Positions 1 through 10,871 of a DNA stretch of 49,158 bases are shown piece after piece. Location of the stretch: assembly GCA_001938485.1 (NCBI GenBank), contig MQRK01214000.1:1-49158 (forward strand), read 5' to 3'. Origin of the DNA: Girardia tigrina. Its lineage: Eukaryota. The stretch's first letter is position 1, and every line of letters starts with the position of its first letter. The notes under the pieces were generated by a model that was not told where the DNA came from, searched no databases, and saw nothing but the letters and a program-made list of their open reading frames with translations. Made by a program: the position numbers and the translations under genes.

Positions 1-171
1 AGACCTAACAAATCATTCAGTGAAAATTTGAAGTTTCTATGTGGTCTAAATGCTGAGATACAGGCAAAAGTAAATGGCCCATTCTTGACAAGATGAAATA
101 CAGTGAAGGTATATGAAAAGTGCTTAAAAAAAGTGCTTAAAAACAAAATTTTATTGATATGACGTAATGAC

Positions 172-375
172 GGATTAAATTGAGCGACCAATTTTTTTGA
201 AAATCTTACATAAATATTTCAATTTTTATTTTTATGAGATATTTTTATTGATAAATTGACTCAATGTTTAAGTTAGTTACATGTAAAATTTCAAGAATGG
301 TTGGTTTGGTAAATTTTGTATAAATTTAAATAATATGAAAAAAAATGTACTGGCGGATTAATTTGAGCGACACTG
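172..375. mobile_element. Terminus of a Tc1/mariner-type DNA transposon
   Basis: ...ggattaatttgagcgacactg followed by TA at ~355-377 (CAGTG-type TIR end). Internal direct copy ggattaaattgagcgac at ~172-188. Confidence 0.5.
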
Positions 376-805
376 TATATCATCTCTGTCCTTATTGCCT
401 TATTTATGTGCTTTATTTTACAAAATTGAATAAGAAAAGAACTAGGAAAGAAATATTTCGGCGGTCATATGCATTTTTATTTGTCAATATTTTATAAAAG
501 CAACGAACGTTAAAAATATTTTGAATTTGTATTAGAATAAATCCACAGTTTAAATGAGAAAGATCGTTTTTTCTTTGACCATGTTATTTTAAAAATGCGT
601 GAAAACGTTTAAGTGTATGTTAACCATAATATGTATGTCTTAGGAAATGAGGATGTAATGATTTGATTCTTATAATGTGTATTGATAGATATTCAATTAT
701 TATAATCATTCATTATTATTTGTATTCAAAGCTATATAAATAACAATTAATTAACTAATGAATTAAAAAGTAAATTAATTATTTTTTAACAACATTCTCT
801 AATAG

Positions 806-1003
806 TTAGAAGAAGCTTCTTTAAAAATCAAGTCATTGATGTTGCAAACTAAAGGTCGAAAAACTCCCGAAGGTTGGGTTGATGGGATTGAGTCTCAAGT
901 TTTTTCTAAATTAGAACAAATCGCTCAACATGATCAACCGAAAACACCGATTCTGAATGCTATGCTAAGCAGATCATTAGAAAAAAGTTTGGTAGATGAT
1001 AAA
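806..1003 (+). CDS. POLG: DNA polymerase gamma catalytic subunit, internal exon (upstream exons not seen in this window)
   Basis: Acceptor aatag at 801-805. Translates LEEASLKIKSLMLQTKGRKTPEGWVDGIESQVFSKLEQIAQHDQPKTPILNAMLSRSLEKSLVDDK, matching POLG WxGGTESEMFNKLESIA..PRTPVL..ISRALE. Donor gtattt at 1004. Confidence 0.9.
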
Positions 1004-1049
1004 GTATTTGATATTCACCAAAAAGAAAATTTTGAAAATATTTTTTTAG

Positions 1050-1301
1050 TTTATGAACAGCAAGTGTAACTGGGTTGTACAAAGTAGTGGTGTAGATTAC
1101 CTTCATTGTCTTTTAACTTTTACTAAGTCTCTCATCAGTCAATATAAAGTGAATGCTAGATTGTGCATGTGTATCCATGACGAAATACGTTATCTTTGCG
1201 AAGAAAAAGACAAATATCGAATGGCACTTATCCTTCAAATCGCCAATCTCTTTACAAGGAGTTTATTTGCGATAAAATTGGGAATCAATGATTTGCCACA
1301 A
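1050..1301 (+). CDS. POLG: POLG exon with family A polymerase motif C
   Basis: Follows a 46-nt GT-AG intron (1004-1049). FMNSKCNWVVQSSGVDYLH...CIHDEIRY...KLGINDLPQ contains the POLG signatures NWVVQSSAVDYLH and IHDEVRY. Donor gt at 1302. Confidence 0.95.
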
Positions 1302-1462
1302 GTATCATTTTTAGTATTTTTTATAAAGATTTAAAAAGCGTTATTTTTTACTTTAAATTTACATAATCGTGTTTGGTTTAATCTGATTTTTTTACAATTT
1401 AATTACATTATTAATCAATTTTATTGTATTTGTATTTTTTAGTTTTTACGTATTTTAAAATA

Positions 1463-1542
1463 CAGGACTGGCCAAGTAATGAGAGGACATAAAACAATTA
1501 CAATCTATATAAAAATTACCCGGCGTTACTTTTGGCTAACTC
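1463..1542. mobile_element. ~80-bp deletion derivative (MITE) of the rosa-like element at 6683-8508
   Basis: TA-caggactggccaa is fused to gtaatgagaggacataaaacaattacaatctatataaaaattacccggcgttacttttggc, which also occurs at ~8440-8500. Confidence 0.75.
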
Positions 1543-2624
1543 TATCAAATAATTATAACAAGCAATTTAACGAAACTGTTTATAAAGATAAATTTTATGG
1601 CATTTTTATTTGACATACTCGAAACAAAAATTGGTTTTAAGCATAAAAAAGTATATATAAAATAGAAGAAAAACATGAAAAGTGGAAAATAAAATTAGAA
1701 TATATAACTAATTTTATTTGTAAAACGATTCCGAGTCCAGTAACATATTTGCGCCTGTTGACATATTTGTCTGGTCAGCCATATTTGAAATATCACTCCT
1801 AGTAGATTCTGTTATATAGTTTATTCCCTCGTATAAATACATTTAATAATCTCTTACTTAAATTAAAAAGAATTATATTCATTATTTTGAGGATCTTCGA
1901 AAACTTTTTAATTAAAGCTAAAAAAAGAAAGACATTTTATTTTTAAAGTATATTTTTAGGTATCCTTTTAGGTTACATTTTAAAGTATATCTAAATATTA
2001 AAACATAAATATTTAGATTTTTAAATTATTAAAATATTACATTACATAGATTTAAAACGTATTAAATTTAAAGTATTTGGAAAATTAAATAGTTTTGAAA
2101 ACAAATTAAATATAACATCTTAAGAATAGTTAAACAGAATTTAATAAAATTTAAGAAAGTAAATACAATAGAAAGAAAATTATATATCATAATAAATAAT
2201 AAAATTAAATAAAATGTTCATTTAAAAGAAAATACAATATTTAAAATAAAATACAGTCAACAACATTTATTAATATCACAAGCACATTCACTATTTGACA
2301 TCTCTCTTGATCGGTATATTTCTGAGTTCAAAACTAATTATTTTCAGTAAATGAAAATTTGTTAATAAAAAATATTAATTGTAAAGAATCTAATATAAAC
2401 ATTTTTTTTAAAAAGAACATATTAAATTACAATATTAAAATTTTAAATTACATTAAAAAATAAATAATACATTCAAAAATTATTTTAAAACTTTTTACTT
2501 TAAAATTAAATTAAATTATTTTTAATTAGTAAGAATCAAGAAAATGTCAATTATCCATCTGCTTAGGAGAGGCACAATCCGAATCAACATACAACATGCA
2601 CAATATCAACACACAATTCAAAAC

Positions 2625-3330
2625 ATTCCTCACATCCCCCTCGGTTTAAATGGTTTTATCCATTCAACATTTCTAATCAAAGTTCTACCATCTTCGAGCT
2701 GTAACTCGTAACTCCTTTCGTGATTTCGTTTCAACACAATTGCCGGACCCATGTAACGGTCATCTTCTTTTGATATCTTTTGGGATCCAGTATTTATTGT
2801 CTTGAGTTGCCACGATGTCATTTTTTAGTGTCCATTTCCTCGTTTTCCCTTTTCTGATATCTTCAACAATTTGTTTTATTTCTTCATTATTCTTTTGCCA
2901 TCTGAAACCCTCTGACTCTTCATTCAATGCAAGAATTCTCGTCTTGATCTTTCCTTTCTTGACTTCTTCATGTATCGTCTGACATTAGCTACTCCTGCTA
3001 TCATTTCTGGGTTGAGTTCTTTGACTACATAAAATTCTATAATTTTTTGTACTCATTCAATTATTACTTTTAATTTAACAATTCCATAATTTATAAGTTC
3101 TGAATCATTTGCACAATGAATGCGTTTACTTGTTTTCTCTATCTGAACATCTTTCATACTTTTAAGTATATCTGCTTTAACAACATTTACTTTGGCACCG
3201 GTATCCAAAAGACATTCAACATTCATATTCTTTGTATTAAATTCAATGCTTGGTCTTCCATTCAATTTGTCATATCTAATATTGAGCTTTGATATTTCTA
3301 AAATTTGCTGTGAAGTTCTATTCAGCAACA
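2625..3330 (-). mobile_element. Ty3/Gypsy LTR retrotransposon remnant (protease, integrase tail, PPT, start of 3' LTR) in a POLG intron
   Basis: Aspartic protease motif LLDTGAKVNVV (3053-3328). Integrase tail RYMGPAIV..RSYELQ..GRTLIRNVEWIKPFK (2630-2821). Purine tract GAGGGGGA, then LTR start TGTGAGGAAT at 2634, the same 10 nt that start the LTR at 24154. Confidence 0.85.
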
Positions 3331-3810
3331 GTTATGATACTTTATTCAGTTATCGATCGACTTGTTCTGTTTTATGATTTTTTTTGTTGTTCGACTTGTC
3401 CAAAAAATCGGATCTTTCCCAAAAATAACTCAAAGCAGATGGATTGACACTAAATCCGTCGAAATCCAACGCATGTTGTAAAATAAAATTTTATGTTCTC
3501 AAAATGGCATTGCTTTATTTTTTTTAAGAAATTTACCGTCATTTTTTCTATTTATAAATAAATTTGCAAATTGATCAAAACATTCATACAAACGTACCTT
3601 ATAAATGTACTGGTTTTTGCTTCGTTTAAAAGACTTTCACTCGTCCAGTTACGAATCCGAGTATCTTAGAATGACTATCGGTTATAGTAATCAATCGAAT
3701 AGTACAAACTTTCTCCTCGGGAACAGAGTTTTGAATAACCGGGAGTAACTATATATATATATATATATATATAAACAAAAATAACACCATTTTAATTTTA
3801 AATTTTTATT

Positions 3811-3852
3811 TGAAAACATGTTTCGCCACTTTTGTGGCATCTTCAGTTCTGT
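3811..3852 (-). ncRNA. Minimal type I hammerhead ribozyme motif (Penelope-associated)
   Basis: Minus strand GAA-CUGAAGA-U-GCCAC-AAAA-GUGGC-GAAA-CAUG-UU-UUC: conserved core, 5-bp stem II, palindromic ACAUGU at stem III. Confidence 0.75.
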
Positions 3853-4319
3853 ATTTAATTAGAAAGTTNNNNNNNNNNNNNNNNNNNNNNNNNNNNNNNN
3901 NNNNNNNNNNNNNNNNNNNNNNNNNNNNNNNNNNNNNNNNNNNNNNNNNNNNNNNNNNNNNNNNNNNNNNNNNNNNNNNNNNNNNNNNNNNNNNNNNNNN
4001 NNNNNNNNNNNNNNNNNNNNNNNNNNNNNNNNNNNNNNNNNNNNNNNNNNNNNNNNNNNNNNNNNNNNNNNNNNNNNNNNNNNNNNNNNNNNNNNNNNNN
4101 NNNNNNNNNNNNNNNNNNNNNNNNNNNNNNNNNNNNNNNNNNNNNNNNNNNNNNNNNNNNNNNNNNNNNNNNNNNNNNNNNNNNNNNNNNNNNNNNNNNN
4201 NNNNNNNNNNNNNNNNNNNNNNNNNNNNNNNNNNNNNNNNNNNNNNNNNNNNNNNNNNNNNNNNNNNNNNNNNNNNNNNNNNNNNNNNNNNNNNNNNNNN
4301 NNNNNNNNNNNNNNNNNNN

Positions 4320-4363
<44 letters not shown>

Positions 4364-4473
4364 GGGACGAAACTTCTTAAAATGATATATTTACGTTTTT
4401 CGAAATTATAGAGAAATTTGAGGGTTAGGGTTGACAAACTGTCGAATAAAAATTTTCCAAGGCAATAAAAATT

Positions 4474-4510
4474 TATTTATTTCGACGGTTTAACCGTCAT
4501 CGTCAGAACA
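4474..4510 (-). ncRNA. Hammerhead ribozyme core at the 3' end of a Penelope remnant (stem III degenerate)
   Basis: Minus strand CUGACGA-U-GACGG-UUAAA-CCGUC-GAAA, ~100 bp downstream of the GIY-YIG remnant. Confidence 0.6.
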
Positions 4511-4599
4511 AATGATTTTTCAAACGAAATTCACTTATAGTGCAGTTAATGGTTATGTAATCAATACGTATTCAGTCCATCATTTAAAATCTCCCAATA

Positions 4600-5450
4600 A
4601 AATTGTAGAGAATGCAGTATGGACGTTAATTTTAGGATCCAAAGATCTTATATATAACGCTTTGGGAATTTATATTTTCTTTACAATGTCTTTTATGTCC
4701 TAGAATGTTATTTCCATCTTCATTGCGACTGTGTTCCTGGATTCTCTCACAGAGATGACGTGAAGTCTCTCAAATGTATGTGGCGTTACACCCATTACAT
4801 GTATATTGGTAAATGAGATCCGAACACAATCCTAATGGCGTTGGAGATTTATTGTTGTGCATGCTTTCATTTTTTTGGTACAGGAAATTACTTGTATGCT
4901 TATTGCATTATCTAACACTTTCAAAATATAATTTTTAAATATTTTAAACCTCTAAAGTTAACACATATCAAATTTCTGAACTTGTATTATTAGTGTTACA
5001 AGATTGCTCTTGATGTTGAACATCTAAAATTTTAATATTATTTTTGTCAATTAATTTATCAATAGTTTCCTTTGTTAGTTTCTCCACTATCGATCTTGAA
5101 TATCCGCTATCATATAATAATTTGTTTAATTTATTAAGGCCGTCATTACAGTAGATATGTAGATGAAAGAGCCCATGAGTAAAAAATAAAACCTTTAATC
5201 ATATTTCGACGATATTTGGATTCGCAGAAACTGATCGGTGTTGTATATAACCCCGTGTCAGTTTTCTTTCTGTAAATCTCCGTCTCATAACGTCCGTTTT
5301 TTTTCTAAATAAATAAATCTAGAAATGACAATTTCTCTTTCTTGCTCTATCTCCACAGTAAACTTTATATTTGAATACAAAGAATTCATATAATTTAACG
5401 TGTTTTTTCGAAATTAGATACTTTTGTAACGTAGTTAGATTCATAACAAT
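4600..5450 (-). mobile_element. Penelope-like retroelement pseudogene (RT C-terminal part and GIY-YIG endonuclease)
   Basis: Hand translation of the minus strand: NSLYSNIKFTVEIE../SFLDLFI../YETEIYRKKTDTGLY..SFCESKYRRNMIKGF (RT), then DLIYQYTCNGCNATYI*ETSRHLCERIQEH (GIY-YIG). Stops and frameshifts present. Confidence 0.85.
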
Positions 5451-5597
5451 AAATATGAATTATAATGTTAATACATATGACACATTTGATTTATATTAAT
5501 AATGCATGGGTCACAGTAATATCATGTAACTAATGGAAGTTTCAGTTGGCTTTTTTTCTAAGTATTCAGTTCCAATTAACGCTAATTTTCCTTTCAG

Positions 5598-5715
5598 TCG
5601 GTCGCGTTTTTCAGTGAAATCGATATTGATCATTGTTTAAGAAAAAATCCCGCTGATGATTGTCAGACTCCCTCGAATCAGGAAGGGTTACTGAAAAATT
5701 ATCAAATTGAAAAAG
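5598..5715 (+). CDS. POLG: POLG penultimate exon (absent from the ORF track)
   Basis: Acceptor ttttcctttcag ends at 5597. SVAFFSEIDIDHCLRKNPADDCQTPSNQEGLLKNYQIEK continues DLPQ|SVAFFSxVDIDxCLRK..CxTPSN in phase 0. Confidence 0.93.
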
Positions 5716-5764
5716 GTTCATACTTTGTGTCTAAACGATATGAAAGAGTAATTGTGATTAACAG

Positions 5765-5820
5765 GAGAGTCTTTGAATATTTATCAATTGTTGGAAAAGA
5801 CCGGAGGAAAATTATTGTAG
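5765..5820 (+). CDS. POLG: POLG terminal exon
   Basis: 49-nt phase-1 intron 5716-5764 (gttcat...aacag). Gives (G)ESLNIYQLLEKTGGKLL-TAG, matching the POLG C-terminal GEALDIYQIIELTKG. Confidence 0.88.
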
Positions 5821-6260
5821 AGCTTGGGCGAACTAGTTTTTGATATTATGCAATTTTGAGATACTTTTTCAAATTTCTATTTTTGTTTCTTATCTTTTGA
5901 CGAAAGTGTACAAATATTTATTATAAAATACAAATCTGTATATTGAAACTCATGGTTTTGTTTTTTTTTGTTTTTCTTTAATATGTTGAAGAAGGATGTC
6001 CTCCGTGATCAGACAAACTTCAAAAAATTTTGGTGCCTGAGAAAATATCGAGGTCTGTTGAACATTTTATTAGAAAATTTGTTCAGATGGTATATTTTTT
6101 GTTTTGCAGAAAGATAAAAAAAACTTTTAAGTTAAATATTTTTTTCATTCCAAAGTGAAACTCGAAAAGATTTGATAATGTTTTTTAACATTGATAAACA
6201 TCTTTCAACAACTACAGAAGTTGCAGTTGAATAATATCATACCAAAAAAATTTTTGGTGT

Positions 6261-6614
6261 ACAAGCTTTTATAATTTGTCATATGTTGCGGTTCTGTGTC
6301 TATTTCACCCAATTCCCACATTTTTTGACTGAATTATCAAAGCGTACTAGGCGAAAACCCACTTTCTATTTGCATTTAGATGTAGCAAATTTCAAAGCCT
6401 ACTACTGAGGAAAACACGAGAATGACACTTTAATTACTTTTTTGCGGCCAAACTAAAGGCGGTAGATGAGCAGTGACAGTGAAAAAGTGTATTGTCACCT
6501 AGAATACATCAGTCCTGAAAGTTTCATGGGGCTAGGTGAACGGGAAGTGGGTGAATTTTCGATCGCAAGATTTGATGCATCCAGACAGACAAACAAATGA
6601 AAATAAAAGCTTGT
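6261..6614. mobile_element. Non-autonomous Helentron/DINE-1-like (HINE) element or MITE
   Basis: 12-bp inverted repeats ACAAGCTTTTAT / ATAAAAGCTTGT, with a cagacagacaaac microsatellite just inside one end. Confidence 0.55.
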
Positions 6615-6682
6615 GAAAATGGATAATTTCATTGAGAAAATAATTCATTTTTCAGCATTATTCCTATTTTATTATCAATATA

Positions 6683-8508
6683 CAAGGTTGGCCAAAAGTA
6701 ACTCCGGGTTTTATGTTCTCTCATTACATCAATGCAAATTATTTTTTGTTTCCACGTGCGGTTCTTTTGATTTGTGGTTTTTTAAAAAACGCCCGATGTT
6801 TTTTTAAGTAAAAGTGAATAAATTTAGTAAAAGAAGTTTTAAATGATTATTATTTAATAAGGTTTTCAAAGTGACCTTTTCTATTGGCTGTCACATGTAA
6901 GATGTGATTTTCAAATTCTTTAATTACTTTTTCCAATGTTTCGGTGGAATGTCCTCGATTTGCCTTTGGATTGCTGCGTTTAATCCCTCAACTATAGTCA
7001 GAGGAGTACAGAAAATTCTGTCCTTGAGATAGCCCTAGAAAAAGAAATCTAGCGGATTTAAATATGGGGGGCAATCCATTCTTTTTCCAGTGAATTTTTC
7101 GCTATCTAGACCGGTAATTCTTTTATCAAAGTGTGTGCGAAATAAATCGAATACATCAGCTGTCTTGTGGGGTCGTGCACCATCTTGCATGAATCAATAT
7201 CCATCAATTTTGTCCAAACCATGACTGTTTGGGATGAAAAAGATGTCCAAAACTTCTTTATACGCAAAAGCATTGATTGTTACCATGATAAAAATACGGA
7301 CCAATGACTCCAGTTGATGACAATGCGCACCAAACAGTCACACGTTTGGGAAATGCAGTCTTGGCAATCATTAAATGTGGATTTTCGGTTCCCCAAAAGC
7401 GATAATTCTGCTTATTTACGTATCCATTAAAGTAAAAATGCGCCTCGCCCGAAAACCAGATTTGATTTGGGTCCATTTTACCCTCTACCATCAAATTCGA
7501 GACCATGTTTGCAAAATTAAATCTTCTTTGTTTCTTTGTAGCAGTTTCTGTAAAACTTAAATTTTGTAGGGGAACAAGTGCAATTTCGTCTTCATAACTC
7601 GCCGTAGTGTGGCCTTGGTATACTGAGTTCAAGTGAGGAGTTAACTTGCGATGTTGATGGCTGCTCTTCCTAAAATTCGTACATCTTTCCCACCATTTCA
7701 TCATTTTGTGCACTTGGTCTTTTTTGTTTTTCTATAATATGTTGAAGAATGATGTCCTCTGTGATGAAACACTTGTTATCTTGCAGCGATCCTGTTTTTC
7801 GAGAAACTTGCTTACCATTCGTACTCTCATTTAATTGGACCTTGCATCGATGTTTTTTATTATAAATTTCTGCTGCTTCTTCGTATTCTCTTTCATTTAA
7901 ATACCAAATTTTCAATATTTTTATATTTATTATTTTGTTGTTTAATCATGTAATTCTTGTCGTAGTTTCCGAATTTCGTTAATTTTTGACTGGACTATAT
8001 TAACCACCAGTGAATTTAAAAATTTCAATATTTAAAACAAATTGAACTTAAAAATAAATGAATTAATATGAATTATAAATTAACTAACTTAAAAAAAATT
8101 ATTGAATACTGTATTTTTGACATTGAACTTCGTCACACCGTATAAGTTTTTGAGACTATTAAAATTCTTACTCTGACTTCTTGATTTGATGGTGTAATCA
8201 TTTTTAAAACTCTTGATAACATATTTCATTGGGTTATGGAAGTGTTCAATGTCAACCAACCATGTCATATAATAATTTGCGCACTTCAGTTAGTTCTTCT
8301 TTTATCCTTTTTTTATTTTTTTAGTTTTTATTAAATAAAAATAAAATTGTTATATAAATTATAATAAGAAAGTTTTTGGAAATGCTCATTTATAAGTTTT
8401 AAGAACCGTACGTGGAAACAAAAAATAATTAGCATAGAGGTAATGAGAGGACATAAAACAATTACAATCTATATAAAAATTACCCGGCGTTACTTTTGGC
8501 CAGCCTTG
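6683..8508 (-). mobile_element. Tc1/mariner superfamily element, probably rosa/DD41D-like, full-length but inactivated
   Basis: TA flanks. TIR CAAGG(T/C)TGGCCAAAAGTAAC extended by imperfect inverted repeats to ~90-110 bp. Transposase remnants IWFSGEAHFYFNGYVNKQNYRFWGTENPH, RVTVWCALSSTGVIGPYF, MQDGARPH, LNPLDFFF*GYLKDRI. Confidence 0.88.
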
Positions 8509-8516
8509 TATAAACA

Positions 8517-8546
8517 CTAGCAATTGACCGGTCATATATGACGGGT
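8517..8546 (-). mobile_element. Helitron 3' terminus (hairpin plus CTAG); element may extend to ~10625
   Basis: Minus strand ACCCGTCAT-AT-ATGACCGGT hairpin then ...CTAG|T, the same motif as at 14573-14602. Confidence 0.65.
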
Positions 8547-9839
8547 GAGCTGAATTTTCGTCTTTGAAAGTTCCTGATTTAATTTTAAAATCTTAATTAT
8601 TATAATTTATTATTTATTTCCTTGAATTATGTGTTGATTTAACAGTAGGTCAATTAAGTCGGCTCTCGATGTCATTCTGCAACGGCGCTGCGCATACAGA
8701 ATCGCCTTGATGTGGGCTATTCAAATTGACCACGTTTTTAAGGGGATTCACTCCGGTTCAGCCGAGATTTCGCATTTTATTTGTTGATATTATTTTTAAA
8801 TAACAAAAATTTGTAATTTCTACATAATTGATTTTCAGCAATATAATTAGTAAATAAGTGATAGAAATCGTCATTCATCAAATAAATTAGTATTTTAATA
8901 AAAAAAATTCAAGAAATTCCTAGTAGGAATCATCAAAATCGTCATTATTCGAAATCGGTGTTAATTTAACCATTTACGACCTGAACGGTTTTCGATCGAT
9001 TTCGTCGGCTTCCGGGTGTCTTTCGACCAAGATGCTGCACCGACAGAATTGTTTCAAAGCGGGCTATTCATTTTGGCTACGTCCTTAAGTGGATTCACTC
9101 TGGTTCCTCCGCAATTTACATATTGAAAAAAAACGTGACCGTCAAACCAAATTAATAAATTTTAATGTCATTTATATTAGATTATGGTCATTTTTTCGAT
9201 TAAAAATTCCTAATTTTCAATATTAAATTTAGAATTTTTAATGTGAAATTGAATTTTTTGAAAATATTTTGGCTAATTTCGTGAATTCGGAAATTATACT
9301 AATTCGGCATAACACAACAATCAACTGTGGGCATTTTCCTGTATATTTATATTTCAAAATAGTTTTGGGTTTATTAAAAATCCCATGTGCATTCGAAATA
9401 CTCAATAAAATAGTTTATAGAATAGAAAATCTTTTTAATAATCATTGTTAAAACATGGATTTTTGCCTGCATATTTGTTATCCTTATCTTTTAATTCATA
9501 AAAAATAATTTCATTATCAGTTTTAAATGTATGCGTCTTACATGCGGTTTAATATCTCATCACACAGCGAAGTAAAATTTATCACCAATCGCACCTTCAA
9601 AATAAAATTATTTGTTATAACTATACTTCTAAAATGGGAAATTTACAAGAAATATTAAATAGAAACATATGAGGAGAAAAAAACAATTAATCGCTCTTTA
9701 GAAATTAAAAGATAACAGTGAAAAAAAGTACCGCTGAATTTTCATTCTTGTCTTTTTTCTCCTACTATCAAAACAGTCTTTTTCCCCCTATTATAAAAAA
9801 AAGTCTTTTCTCCTAATACACTTTTTTAATAATTAATGA

Positions 9840-10340
9840 GAGTTAACAACCATTCAGCATTTTCATTCATAATTTCCATATTTAACAAGAATAAAAATAA
9901 AAAATGTTCAATACCCATCACTTTTTTATCTGGTTTTCAACTTATTCCACAAGGATTCCACACTGTGTGTATTTACACCTGTAACTGTATCAACAAAAAC
10001 AGACTGGGGTTTACAGTTTGATGAGTTAAATTTAAGTCGATTAATTTGCTGATTGGCTCTTCATTCATCACTCCTTTCTCTTCTACGATTTTCAACAAGT
10101 TCAACATAATAATTTGCCGGTGATGTCGTGGTGTCAACAATTCTAAAAACCCACTTATAATCACTGTTAATATAAAATACTTTTTAACAAACTTTTGCTT
10201 CTTAAAAATTGAATTTTCTCGGCAGTGTTAAGATAACTCACACATTTGACAAACATTTATTGCATACACAATTCTTATCATCTTTATGACGATCAATAAT
10301 ATTACTTTCACTTAATTTCATCACTTAATGTTTTAATACT
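9840..10340 (-). mobile_element. Merlin (IS1016/ISXO2-like) transposase pseudogene fragment
   Basis: Minus-strand frames give VDTTTSPANYYVELVENRR, SDE*RA, THQTVNPS and FVDTVTGVNTHSVESLWNKLK, resembling the DDE_Tnp_IS1595 C-terminal motifs. Confidence 0.75.
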
Positions 10341-10632
10341 CCTCCTTACAATCTGAACTAACTTGAAGAAAGTTATTTTATTTTAAAAATTTAATTTAAA
10401 TTTTATTGGCTAAAATGAAATTACTTTTTACAATTATTTTATTTTTACAATTATTTTTAAATTATGGAGATAACCAATTCTTTTCTTACTTTTGTGAGGA
10501 AATAAATTGAAATTACTTTTTCCTGTGAAGATAAATTAAAATTATATAAAAAACAGTTCTATGATACCAAATATTGTAATTTAATCTGTTAACTGGCTAT
10601 GTCGAAATATTTCGCTATATATATACTTTAAT

Positions 10633-10760
10633 GGACATGGCGACATTTTTTCGTCATGGAAAGACGAAAGATAAGATTTAATAGATAAGAAAATCATAGA
10701 GCCTTATGCATCCTATATGTATTATGATCAATTTCCATGACGAAAAAGTTCGTTATGTCC
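10633..10760. mobile_element. Small MITE with ~30-bp imperfect TIRs
   Basis: ggacatggcgacattttttcgtcatggaaa vs tttccatgacgaaaaagttcgttatgtcc. No clear TSD. Confidence 0.6.
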
Positions 10761-10871
10761 ATTGAAATAAAATTAAATAAAAATTTATACATTAATTTAT
10801 TAAATTATTTATTTATAATAAATACTACATGCATAAATTTGTAATGAAGAAAAAGTAACAAAATTATTATA

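Noticed and set aside
4421-4432. agggttagggtt telomere-like motif
   Set aside because: Only two units; compatible with chance.
3810-4437. Long ORFs of 183 and 192 aa (likewise 18567-18851 and 19029-19241)
   Set aside because: Artefacts of N gaps and (TA)n runs.
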